IMG/VR virus record: IMGVR_UViG_3300001598_000037
Span: 26,811-90,810 of that record
DNA length: 64,000 nucleotides
From: a virus
Taxonomy: Duplodnaviria > Caudoviricetes
Strand: one strand, 5' to 3'
Under the pieces are notes generated by a model. The model did not search any database and was not told the origin of the DNA. It saw only the letters and a list, made by a program, of their open reading frames with translations. How positions within the stretch are numbered: position 1 is the stretch's first letter; every line of letters starts with the position of its first letter. The position numbers and the translations under genes are program-made. Positions 19,416 through 28,624 of this stretch are shown piece after piece.

Positions 19416-21845
19416 ATGAAAGCAAGTGAAATTAAAAACAAAACAATCAAAGTGAAAGTAACTCCAAATAATATGACTTATCCTAGATCTGGTTTCAAAT
19501 CTGGCGATTTTGCGATTATTAAGTTTAGAGTGGATCAAGTCATCGAAGGCGAGATCCCTGACGAATGTTGTGCAAGTATTGTCTTTGGAGATTCAAACGA
19601 GAATGCTCATAGAGAATATATTATCTGCGTTAAAGGCAATTTCCCTTCAATCTCTTTCATTAGTCAGTATATATTAACAGGGGAACTTGTGATTGATAAA
19701 ACATGGGGGCCTCAATATAATCTTACTGCGATTAGATTAGACTATAATCTACAAGATGCAAATGAACAAAAGAAGTTCTTTAGTTTCTTCATGACAGAAA
19801 ATCAAGTAAATGCATTATTTGAATCGGTTGAAAATCCAATTTCTTTACTAGAAAACAAAGATATTGGTGAATTATGTAAAGTAAAGGGTATCGGTCCATC
19901 TATTGCTCAAAAGCTTTGTGAACGTTATGAAGGATGTAAAGATAATTCAACAGCTTATATAGGATTAAAAGATTTAGGTCTAACAAAAAATGCCATTGAT
20001 AAATTGGTTAAGTTTTATGGATCGCCTGATATTGTTATCTCTAAGATAGACGCAAATCCATATATCTTAGCAACTGAAGTATCTGGTTATGGTTGGTTAA
20101 AGACAGATGCGATTGCTATGAAAAAAGGTTTCGCGAAAGACTGTCGCTTCAGAGTTGAAGCATATACTAAATACTTCTTAGAACAACAAGCAGATCAAGC
20201 TGGGAATAGCTGGGTAAAGATCAACGATCTTCTATCTGCCGTTGCCACTGAATGTTATCCTGTTACAAACGAAAACTTAAATCAATGGTTAAAAGAAATT
20301 ATGATTGGTCCAAAAGACTTTGAAAAATATTATGCGAAAATGCTTGCAGGAGAAGAAGTAAAACCATTAAATGAAATGCCACTTTTATTTTACGATCCAG
20401 AGCAACAAAAGGTCGGTTTATTCTCTCTTCGTTTTATGGAAAAAGAAATTGCCAGACATTTAAAGAGAATTAAATCAGCTCCATGTGTAAGATCTTTTAG
20501 CCAATCAACAATTGAAATGTGTATTGAAGAAGCCGAAAATCAACAAGGTTTTAAATACACAGATGAACAAAAACAAACTATATTTAATATAGTAAATAAT
20601 AATGTATCTATTCTTACTGGTTCAGCGGGAACAGGTAAGACAACGACTTTAACAGCAGTAGTTAAAGTATTTAAAAGATATGGTTTACAAATCCAACAAT
20701 GTGCTTTATCAGGCAGAGCTGCTTCTAAATTAAAAGAAGTAACTAAAATTGATGGTAAAACAATACATAGAACACTATGTTATATTCCTGATAAAGAATC
20801 ATTCAAATATAATGAGAGATGCAAAATGCCTCATGATGTAATTATTCTTGATGAAACATCTATGGTAGGTGGAGATATTTTCTTATCATTAATTCAAGCT
20901 ATCAGAGATGGTGCTAAATTAATTATGGTTGGAGATATTAAACAGCTCGAAGCAATCGGGTTAGCCAATGTTCTAAAAGATTGTATGGGTTCAGCTTATA
21001 TACCTACTTCTATGTTAAGTAAGATCCATCGTCAAGCAGCAGCTTCTGGTATCATTACACAATCTATTAATATGAGTAATGGTATGCAGATGTGTAAAAA
21101 TGATTTTGTGGGAGAAGAAATTCGAGGGGAATTAAAAGACTTTAAATTAGTCGCTTCATATAAACCAGAAGCAGTATCTTATAATATCATTAGAGAGTTT
21201 AGAAGATTATATAATGAGCAACACATTCCTGCGGATCAAATTCAAGTAATTGTTCCAATGAGAGTAAGGGGAAATATTTCTTGTAATAATTTGAATTCTC
21301 AAATACAAGAGATTGTTAATCCAGGTGTGCATCCAAGACAAGTATTCCAACAATATACTGAAAATGGTACGACATATCAAGTATGTTATAAACCAGGAGA
21401 TCGTATTATTGTGGTTAAGAACAATTATCATGCTAAAACTCCAGAAGGTAAAGAAGTCGCTATCTTCAATGGAAACTTAGGCGTCATTAAAGATATATAT
21501 AATAACTCAATGATAGTCGAAGTTGATGGAGTTGATAAAGTGGTTTTATCTAAGGATGAATGGTATGATATTAACTTAGCTTATGCAATTACTTGTCATA
21601 AATTACAAGGTTCGCAAGCGCCTTATTGTATTGTTGGTTTGAATACAAGTTGTTATGCTTTGTATTCAAAAGAGTGGCTATACACAGCCGTAACAAGAGC
21701 CACAAAGTTCTGTGCACTGGTTGTACAAACAAGTTCATTGAACCAAGCAGTTCGTATTAGTCATGTTAAGACTAAACAAACGTGGTTGTGTAAAGATTTA
21801 GTAGAGTTTTATTTAGCAGAGCATGCTGGAGAGGGGTTTAATTAA
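19416..21845 (+). CDS. recD2: RecD2-like SF1B helicase
   Basis: HhH (VKGIGP), GSAGTGKTT, IILDETSM, VGDIKQL, IHRQ, YAITCHKLQGSQ, LYTAVTRA; start at 19416 follows RBS AAAGGA. Confidence 0.9.
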   Translation: MKASEIKNKTIKVKVTPNNMTYPRSGFKSGDFAIIKFRVDQVIEGEIPDECCASIVFGDSNENAHREYIICVKGNFPSISFISQYILTGELVIDKTWGPQYNLTAIRLDYNLQDANEQKKFFSFFMTENQVNALFESVENPISLLENKDIGELCKVKGIGPSIAQKLCERYEGCKDNSTAYIGLKDLGLTKNAIDKLVKFYGSPDIVISKIDANPYILATEVSGYGWLKTDAIAMKKGFAKDCRFRVEAYTKYFLEQQADQAGNSWVKINDLLSAVATECYPVTNENLNQWLKEIMIGPKDFEKYYAKMLAGEEVKPLNEMPLLFYDPEQQKVGLFSLRFMEKEIARHLKRIKSAPCVRSFSQSTIEMCIEEAENQQGFKYTDEQKQTIFNIVNNNVSILTGSAGTGKTTTLTAVVKVFKRYGLQIQQCALSGRAASKLKEVTKIDGKTIHRTLCYIPDKESFKYNERCKMPHDVIILDETSMVGGDIFLSLIQAIRDGAKLIMVGDIKQLEAIGLANVLKDCMGSAYIPTSMLSKIHRQAAASGIITQSINMSNGMQMCKNDFVGEEIRGELKDFKLVASYKPEAVSYNIIREFRRLYNEQHIPADQIQVIVPMRVRGNISCNNLNSQIQEIVNPGVHPRQVFQQYTENGTTYQVCYKPGDRIIVVKNNYHAKTPEGKEVAIFNGNLGVIKDIYNNSMIVEVDGVDKVVLSKDEWYDINLAYAITCHKLQGSQAPYCIVGLNTSCYALYSKEWLYTAVTRATKFCALVVQTSSLNQAVRISHVKTKQTWLCKDLVEFYLAEHAGEGFN

Positions 21846-21846
21846 T

Positions 21847-22428
21847 ATGGCAGTATATGTAATTTCAGATCTACATTTTAACCATCCTGGTATATTAAAA
21901 ATGGAACGAAAACAGTTTAGTTTAGTCGATGATCATAATGAATATGTCATACGACAATACAACTCTGTGGTCGGCCCTAATGACACCTGCTATATATTAG
22001 GAGACATCGGATTCTATAATGTATACGACTTAGCTCCGCTCTGCCGTAGGCTCAACGGTCATAAAATTATGATTAGAGGTAATCATGATAGATTTACTGA
22101 TCGTGAAGCTAAAGAACTCTTAGGTTTTGAGGAAGTAATTAATCATCCATATTATTATGATGATCATACAATACTTTCTCATGAACCAGTTAGAGAAGCA
22201 TTGGATAATCCATATGTGATTAACATACACGGACATATCCATAAGACAGAATTAGTCAAAGACAGATGCAAAAATTACATTAATGTAAACTGTCATATGA
22301 TTCATTATCTGCCTATTAATATTGAATTATTGCATAAAAAATATCAAAATATATGCAATAAATCCAGACAAGAAACTTATGGCAAAGAATGGTACTATGA
22401 TTTCTATGCTGTTAAGGATAAAAATTAA
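21847..22428 (+). CDS. Calcineurin-like metallophosphoesterase
   Basis: SDLHFNH, LGDIG, RGNHD, LSHEP, IHGHIH. Confidence 0.9.
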   Translation: MAVYVISDLHFNHPGILKMERKQFSLVDDHNEYVIRQYNSVVGPNDTCYILGDIGFYNVYDLAPLCRRLNGHKIMIRGNHDRFTDREAKELLGFEEVINHPYYYDDHTILSHEPVREALDNPYVINIHGHIHKTELVKDRCKNYINVNCHMIHYLPINIELLHKKYQNICNKSRQETYGKEWYYDFYAVKDKN

Positions 22429-22448
22429 TTAAAAAAGGAGAAAAAAAC

Positions 22449-22727
22449 ATGAAAGAAACTTTATTAAATGCATTTGTTGAAATGCAAACAAACTATTTTA
22501 AGGAAATTCAAAAAGAAAATCTTAAGGATGAACCAAGCAGAGAAGCTTTAATTGCAAAACAAACTATTATTGACACTTTATCTTGGGCTATCAATGTTGT
22601 TAAGAGTGTTGCTGCTGCTGAAGCCGCTGAAGCTGCTGCTAAGACAGAAGAAACTTCTGAGGAAAAAGTAGAACCAGTTGAAGAAGTTCCTGAAACAAAA
22701 CCTGAAACAGACAAAGAAGTTGCTTAA
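22449..22727 (+). CDS. Hypothetical protein with Ala/Glu-rich tail
   Basis: RBS AAGGAG; 92 aa. Confidence 0.7.
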   Translation: MKETLLNAFVEMQTNYFKEIQKENLKDEPSREALIAKQTIIDTLSWAINVVKSVAAAEAAEAAAKTEETSEEKVEPVEEVPETKPETDKEVA

Positions 22728-22747
22728 TTAAATTAGTTTGAAGATAG

Positions 22748-22770
22748 TCCGTATGTTTCATACGGATTTT
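22748..22770 (+). terminator. Probable intrinsic terminator
   Basis: TCCGTATG-TTT-CATACGGA plus TTTT. Confidence 0.6.
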
Positions 22771-22792
22771 CTATTCTAGGGAGGATTTTAAT

Positions 22793-23494
22793 ATGTCAAA
22801 CAATAAAATTATTTTTTCACCAGAGGATAAACGAGATTACTCTGCCGTAGATTTTTTAAACTTTGAAACAGTACTCCCCGAGGAGTATAAAGCACCAGCT
22901 ACAAATGTCAGATTTCAATGGTTATCTGGTCAATGTGTTTGTTTCGCCATTACTCAAGCAATGAGTCAATACGAAAAAGCTACAACAGGATCTTATAATA
23001 CATATTCACCTGGATTGTTATACGCCAACAGAGAATCTAATGATTATCAAGGAGAAGGATGGTATGTACGAAAAGGTCTAAAACAAGCGTATAAATATGG
23101 TACATGTCTAGAGTCAGATTTTCCATTTCCTGAAAGTTATGAAAAAGAAAGAAAACAATTTTTAGCCGATCAAGAACACTTATTAAAATTGGCTGAAAAT
23201 AATAAAATTACATCCTATTTTAGATGTAAAACAGAAGAAGAAATTAAAAGATGTATTATGCAATGCGGATCTGTTATTGTAAGCAGTAGTTCAAATATTA
23301 AGTTCTTCTGGTCTGCAAATATCACCAATGAAACGATAGAAGGCGCCAAAGGTGGACACGCATATATCCTAGTAGGATGGGATAAAAATGGATGGATCGC
23401 TCAAGACAGCTATACAATTTTTAGACCAATTTTAGGTCGCCCGCATATTGCGTATGATTTCAAATTTGATGAAGCGTGGGGTATTTTAAAATAA
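22793..23494 (+). CDS. Papain-like cysteine peptidase (C1A-like)
   Basis: QWLSGQCVCFA (oxyanion Gln, catalytic Cys), GGHAYILVGW (His), WIAQDSY (Asp in place of Asn). Confidence 0.75.
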   Translation: MSNNKIIFSPEDKRDYSAVDFLNFETVLPEEYKAPATNVRFQWLSGQCVCFAITQAMSQYEKATTGSYNTYSPGLLYANRESNDYQGEGWYVRKGLKQAYKYGTCLESDFPFPESYEKERKQFLADQEHLLKLAENNKITSYFRCKTEEEIKRCIMQCGSVIVSSSSNIKFFWSANITNETIEGAKGGHAYILVGWDKNGWIAQDSYTIFRPILGRPHIAYDFKFDEAWGILK

Positions 23495-23519
23495 AAATAA
23501 ATTTTTTTAATTTAATGTG

Positions 23520-23548
23520 TTGACATTATATTCTTCTTTTGCTATAAT
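23520..23548 (+). promoter_or_regulatory. Sigma-A promoter
   Basis: TTGACA-17-TATAAT with extended -10 TG. Confidence 0.9.
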
Positions 23549-23599
23549 AATATTGATCTTAGAAATAGATCAAAAAAATATAGAAAAGGAGAATATAAT

Positions 23600-23881
23600 A
23601 TGACATTAAATCATGTAGATGCTATTGTCACACAAGCATTAAAAAAGAGTGGCTATACTAGTGAAAGGAGAGAATCTGTTAGTACTAATTCAATTTATTA
23701 TAAAATTTACAGCTCAAGTGGTTGCGATCTTATGTTCAGAGTTGCTGATCACTCTACTAAGAGCGATGTAATTACGTTAAGAGTAGATAAAAAACTAACA
23801 GAACAATCTATTAAGAATTTTGTAAGTAATAGAGTGGCCGATCTAGGACACAGAGCCTTAAAAAAATTCTTTGGAGAATAA
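23600..23881 (+). CDS. Hypothetical protein (93 aa)
   Basis: RBS AAGGAG. Confidence 0.7.
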   Translation: MTLNHVDAIVTQALKKSGYTSERRESVSTNSIYYKIYSSSGCDLMFRVADHSTKSDVITLRVDKKLTEQSIKNFVSNRVADLGHRALKKFFGE

Positions 23882-23897
23882 AAACGGAGGGGAAAAT

Positions 23898-25085
23898 ATG
23901 AAGAAAAAATACAATCGTATCTATTTAGATGGCGCAGCTAATACTCCCTTAGATAAAAAAGTATTTAGAGCTATGAAACCTTATTTTAAAGATAATTTTG
24001 TAGGCAACTCACATGCGATCCATGAACAAGGCATCAAGGTAATGACAGCTATTGAGGACAGCAGAGCCGAGTGCGAAAAAGCATTAGGATGCGGAGATCA
24101 TCATCAGGTTTTCTTTACTTCTGGCGCAACAGAGGGTAATAACTGGGTAATTAAATCTCTAGCTTATCATGCAAGATCTGATTCTGGCAGCAAACGCAAT
24201 ACAATAGTCTGCTCGGCTGTCGAACACAGCTCTGTGCTCAATACTTGTAAACAACTTGAAACAGAAGGATTTAATGTAATATATGTTAATCCTCGTCCAT
24301 CAGGTAGAATATTTATTAAAGATATTGAAAAAGTAATTAATAATGATACAATTTTAGTATGTTTAATGGCAGTGAATAATGAAACAGGGGTAACTAATCA
24401 TATCAATCAAGTCGCTAAATATGCCCATTTATATAGAGCTTATTTACTTACAGACTGCACTCAAGCGTTAACTTATGGCGGTGCATATACTAAAATTGCA
24501 TCTATCTATTCATCTGCTGATTATTTAACTTTTTCTGGCCATAAAATCTATGGACCAACAGGTACAGGCATTTTAGTTAAACGCAATGCAGCTCCACTAT
24601 ATCCTTTAATTACAGGAGGATCTCAGGAGTTGGGTTTAAGAGGTGGAACACATAATACGGCTGGTATTGTTGGTATCGCTGCGGCTCTTAAATTAATGGC
24701 ACAAAATAGTTATTCTGATCATTTTAATCAATTATATGAATATTTTACTGAACAAATAGATGCTTTTAATAAAGAATATAAAACTAAAATTCACATTAAC
24801 GGAACATTGGGACACAAAAATATTATAAACCTTAATTGTAGTTCAATATATAGGTTTAGTTCATTAGCAAGTTTATTAGATGGGTTTGGATTATCAGTAT
24901 CAGCGGGATCTGCGTGTGATGCTAATGCTGTATCAATTCCATCTCATGTATTATTGGCGATGGGTATCCCATTGGACGATATAGGCAGTTGTATTAGAAT
25001 TTCTTTTACAAAAGACACTACCAAGAAAGATATTCAACAATTTTTCACAATTTTAAAGAAATTATTTGCATTATGGGGAAAATAA
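23898..25085 (+). CDS. iscS: Class I cysteine desulfurase (IscS/NifS)
   Basis: YLDGAANTP, FTSGATEGNN, EHSSV, VNNETG, SGHKIYGP (PLP Lys), GGSQE.GLRGGT, SAGSAC (catalytic Cys). Confidence 0.92.
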   Translation: MKKKYNRIYLDGAANTPLDKKVFRAMKPYFKDNFVGNSHAIHEQGIKVMTAIEDSRAECEKALGCGDHHQVFFTSGATEGNNWVIKSLAYHARSDSGSKRNTIVCSAVEHSSVLNTCKQLETEGFNVIYVNPRPSGRIFIKDIEKVINNDTILVCLMAVNNETGVTNHINQVAKYAHLYRAYLLTDCTQALTYGGAYTKIASIYSSADYLTFSGHKIYGPTGTGILVKRNAAPLYPLITGGSQELGLRGGTHNTAGIVGIAAALKLMAQNSYSDHFNQLYEYFTEQIDAFNKEYKTKIHINGTLGHKNIINLNCSSIYRFSSLASLLDGFGLSVSAGSACDANAVSIPSHVLLAMGIPLDDIGSCIRISFTKDTTKKDIQQFFTILKKLFALWGK

Positions 25086-25094
25086 TGCTATAAT
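25066..25094 (+). promoter_or_regulatory. Internal promoter at the iscS 3' end
   Basis: TTGCAT-17-TATAAT with TG. Confidence 0.6.
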
Positions 25095-25125
25095 ATATAC
25101 AGGTAACATATGGAGGGACAAAATT

Positions 25126-25740
25126 ATGGAAAACACAGATAATCGTTACGAAGGAAGAAAATTAAGATCAAAAATTTACAAGGAATTGGATGAACATTTA
25201 TCCATCGCACGTCTACAAGAAATATTAGGATGTGGGTATAATGATACAGAAAGAGCCATGAAAAAACTCGAAAATGACGGATATGTAGAAGGTAATCCAG
25301 TCGATACGGCTCTTTGCTGGGGTTGCAGATGGGTTTATGGACAACCAGATCAAAATGGTAATCGTTGTTCATGGGCACATTCTCTAACACCAAGATCTGA
25401 GTGGGTCGAAAATGTAAATTATTTAGTTACTATCAGAGAACCTAAAACAGGAGAAAAAGGCCTATGCGTTCAAAAATGTAAAGGATTTGATCTAAATTGC
25501 TACAAACTTGAAAAGAAATATATCATTGCAATCTTACTTAAATTCTATCAAAAAATAGATCCAGAAGCTTTTACTAAGACATTTTTTGTAAAAGCTAAAT
25601 CATCAGTCTTTGATACATGGTTACAATTATTCAATGATTTTAGAGATTTGATTGATTTTCCACCATTATCAATTGAAGAACCTGAAACGTATGACGATCT
25701 TACAGAAGAAGATTATGAAGTAACAGGATTAGTAAGCTAA
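25126..25740 (+). CDS. Hypothetical Cys-containing protein
   Basis: RBS GGAGG before the ATG at 25126; LCWGC motif. Confidence 0.65.
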   Translation: MENTDNRYEGRKLRSKIYKELDEHLSIARLQEILGCGYNDTERAMKKLENDGYVEGNPVDTALCWGCRWVYGQPDQNGNRCSWAHSLTPRSEWVENVNYLVTIREPKTGEKGLCVQKCKGFDLNCYKLEKKYIIAILLKFYQKIDPEAFTKTFFVKAKSSVFDTWLQLFNDFRDLIDFPPLSIEEPETYDDLTEEDYEVTGLVS

Positions 25741-25753
25741 AAGGGGTGTAAAT

Positions 25754-26236
25754 ATGAAAATAAAAATTAATAAATTAAATGATCAATTAATTATGCCAAC
25801 AAGAGGCCATTATAATGATGCGGGTATTGATTGCTATGCATTAGAGGATATTACTTTAAAATGTTTAGAACCACAACATCTTATGCAACAAGAAAATGGG
25901 TATTTAATTGGAGAAAAAAGTGTATGTCAATCATATCCAACTATGATTTCATTAGGGTTTGGCATTGAATTACCAGATGGTTATATGGCAGTGTTAAAAC
26001 CAAGATCTAGCATGAATTCCAAAGGTATTATTACACAAATTGGAACGATTGATTCTGGATATCATGGAGAAATTAAAGCAGTTTTGATCAATTTAACTGG
26101 ATCAGATTATCAAATTAAACGTGGTGATCGTATATGTCAGTTAGTTATAGAACCAGTAATTTATGCTGATTTTGTAGAAACATTAGAAGAAAAGGAGGCT
26201 CGCGGAAATGGCGGATTTGGTAGTACAGGAAAATAA
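25754..26236 (+). CDS. dut: Trimeric dUTPase
   Basis: AGIDC, PRSS, GTIDSGYHGEI, GDRICQLV, RGNGGFGSTG. Confidence 0.95.
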   Translation: MKIKINKLNDQLIMPTRGHYNDAGIDCYALEDITLKCLEPQHLMQQENGYLIGEKSVCQSYPTMISLGFGIELPDGYMAVLKPRSSMNSKGIITQIGTIDSGYHGEIKAVLINLTGSDYQIKRGDRICQLVIEPVIYADFVETLEEKEARGNGGFGSTGK

Positions 26237-26483
26237 GGAAACTTTCCAAGTAGGTAAAGAAAAGATCAACGTAGTTGATTCAATTCCAGTGGTTTATGTA
26301 GTCTTACGTAACCAAACAATTTATAATAAAAAAACAAAACAAACAGACGAAGTCACAAACATCCTTAGAGTTTTTGTTAATGAGGATAAGGCAAAAGCGT
26401 ATGTAATTAAGAAGACAGAGGAAAGAGGCAAAGATAAATCAATTCAATATTACTCTGTTCCGACAGTATTTGGAGATATTTAA
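26208..26483 (+). CDS. Hypothetical protein (91 aa)
   Basis: GGAGG RBS inside the dut 3' end. Confidence 0.6.
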   Translation: MADLVVQENKETFQVGKEKINVVDSIPVVYVVLRNQTIYNKKTKQTDEVTNILRVFVNEDKAKAYVIKKTEERGKDKSIQYYSVPTVFGDI

Positions 26484-26497
26484 AAGGAGATCAACAC

Positions 26498-27121
26498 ATG
26501 AATGGTAATGTAGAAATTACAGCTAAAGATTTATATCAATTTTTAATTGTAGAATGTCGTTATGGTTATGCAAGAAACAATCATTTAATGCCTGGCGGAG
26601 CATATGATCATGTTAAAAAATATTTACCTCTATTACTTAACACAGATAGTGATTGGGCGATAGATACAGCTAGACAATTATGCGAAGAATGTATTGGCCA
26701 TCAATTAACACTTTGGAATGAGCCTGATGACGACGATAAATATAATAATCGTCATGAAGCCTTAGAGTTTGTGGAATATTTATTAGATTTTATTCATTCT
26801 AATAGTACTTATTTTGATTGGACACCTTTCAATTATTCGATTTATGTAAAGAATAAAGGTTTTGATGATCAACCAATCTATAATATATATGAAATTAATT
26901 ATGAAACCATCATTGCTGATGATGTCTCAAAAATCAGACCATTGAAACAGGTTAATAATGAATTATTATCTAGAAATGATTTACCAGAATTTTTTGCTAA
27001 CAATATTATAAAAAAGAAGGAATATTCATATAGAAAATATAAAGTTGGTAATAAACTTGTTTATATTTTCGATGATATCCAAAAAGCATACATCATTCAA
27101 CAAGGAGGAGAAACAGCATGA
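26498..27121 (+). CDS. Hypothetical protein (207 aa)
   Basis: RBS AAGGAG; ECRYGYARNNH motif. Confidence 0.7.
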   Translation: MNGNVEITAKDLYQFLIVECRYGYARNNHLMPGGAYDHVKKYLPLLLNTDSDWAIDTARQLCEECIGHQLTLWNEPDDDDKYNNRHEALEFVEYLLDFIHSNSTYFDWTPFNYSIYVKNKGFDDQPIYNIYEINYETIIADDVSKIRPLKQVNNELLSRNDLPEFFANNIIKKKEYSYRKYKVGNKLVYIFDDIQKAYIIQQGGETA

Positions 27122-27660
27122 GTTGCTATATATACTTTTATTTAAAGAGAAAAGATACACCTGCTAAAGATTGGCATTTAACTTTAGCACATTTATGTAC
27201 TTCAGACGCGAGAGAACTTTCTGACGAATTAAGCGATTTTAAATCAGGAGTTACTTATAATGTCAATTACGATCGCAAAGAAGAAGATGATCCAAATTAT
27301 GGATACTACACTCCATTAACACCTGAATTATTATCAAATACTATTGAATATTACAGATCTAAAGTGCAAGAATATAAAGATAGTAAACATAAATATGAGG
27401 ATGAATTAGAACGTGCTCAAGCTTTATATGTAATAGCTAAGACAGAACTTGCATTAGAAGATATTAAAAAGACAATGGATGATGCGATAGAAATGATTTC
27501 ATGGTGTAATGAAGAAATTGCAAAAAATGAAGCTTATGCTTATTATATTGAAAATGCTGTTGCAGGTGTTTTGGAAGAAAATGAAAGATATGACTATAAT
27601 AAAGAAACCAATACACATAATGCAGTGAATGATTACGAATTAATTTATTATATGGGGTAG
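27118..27660 (+). CDS. Hypothetical coiled-coil protein
   Basis: ATGA overlap, RBS GGAGG. Confidence 0.7.
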   Translation: MSCYIYFYLKRKDTPAKDWHLTLAHLCTSDARELSDELSDFKSGVTYNVNYDRKEEDDPNYGYYTPLTPELLSNTIEYYRSKVQEYKDSKHKYEDELERAQALYVIAKTELALEDIKKTMDDAIEMISWCNEEIAKNEAYAYYIENAVAGVLEENERYDYNKETNTHNAVNDYELIYYMG

Positions 27661-27666
27661 AACAAA

Positions 27667-28017
27667 ATGGTTAATCAAAAAATTAGAGAATATTTTGCAG
27701 AATTAAGTAAGGAAGTAGAAGAAGAAATCTACTTCTTAGATAACCAAGCATATGATAATAGCATTATTGGATATACTGAAGATTATCGTTTAATCTATAG
27801 TTACGAACGTATGGTAGAAGAATTATCTCAAGAATATTTAGACTCTGATCCTGAACTATCTCAAAGCGAAGATGAGTTAGTTCGTGAAGAAGCTTGCGAT
27901 AATGCATATACAGATGCAATTGAATGGATTGACTATAATACTATGGCTTTACCTTATTTAGGCGATCGAGCTCCAATTGTTATACATGAACTAAATAAAG
28001 GAGAATTTGATGAGTAA
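27667..28017 (+). CDS. Hypothetical acidic protein
   Basis: YDNSIIG...LIYSYERMVE...AIEWIDYN...PYLG motifs. Confidence 0.7.
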   Translation: MVNQKIREYFAELSKEVEEEIYFLDNQAYDNSIIGYTEDYRLIYSYERMVEELSQEYLDSDPELSQSEDELVREEACDNAYTDAIEWIDYNTMALPYLGDRAPIVIHELNKGEFDE

Positions 28018-28582
28018 GAGTTATAGAAATATGAATTTAGACGATTTCGATGAATATGGAGAATATGACGATGTCGTTACATTTGAAAAATTACGCGGAG
28101 GATCTAAAAAGAAAAAAAGTAAAGGTCATCAATCTCGACATCAAAAAAATAAATATGATGAATATGATAGTTATGACGAAATAGTGTCAGAATTGCCAAC
28201 AGTACCTGTTATTCCTCAAACTGTGGTGCAAAATCCTGTGGATACGGAGAGGGGTACGTCACCAGACGCATCGAAAACTGTCCAGACAGGTAATCATGCA
28301 TCTCATTTGACTACAGAGCGCCATGAATTGGTTAAAAAACCATTTGAATTCGGGCCAAACACTCATGAATTGATGGGAAACAAAATTGACTATGATCGAG
28401 TAGCTAATTTAGAAACTATCGAATCTGAATATAAAGGAAAACAAACTTTTGGTATTAAGTTTACTTTTAAAGGTAAAAATGCTAGTACTCGTGTAATCTG
28501 GTATAATCAACATCAAAGAGAACGTGATATGATTTTTGCTCAGGAATATAAATTCTGGTTATCTGTGAGAACTGCTAATTAG
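28010..28582 (+). CDS. Hypothetical protein with low-complexity acidic/basic N-terminus
   Basis: RBS AAGGAG; 190 aa. Confidence 0.7.
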   Translation: MSKSYRNMNLDDFDEYGEYDDVVTFEKLRGGSKKKKSKGHQSRHQKNKYDEYDSYDEIVSELPTVPVIPQTVVQNPVDTERGTSPDASKTVQTGNHASHLTTERHELVKKPFEFGPNTHELMGNKIDYDRVANLETIESEYKGKQTFGIKFTFKGKNASTRVIWYNQHQRERDMIFAQEYKFWLSVRTAN

Positions 28583-28591
28583 AGATTTTAA

Positions 28592-28620
28592 TTGACAAAG
28601 CAGTTTATATCATTTATAAT
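28592..28620 (+). promoter_or_regulatory. Sigma-A promoter driving the non-coding segment
   Basis: TTGACA-17-TATAAT, perfect consensus; no ORF of 60 aa or more for about 420 nt downstream. Confidence 0.9.
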
Positions 28621-28624
28621 AATT

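Noticed and set aside
23898-25085. Dnd/Ssp phosphorothioation system
   Set aside because: Only the desulfurase is present; no DndC/D/E or Ssp-like neighbours are recognisable
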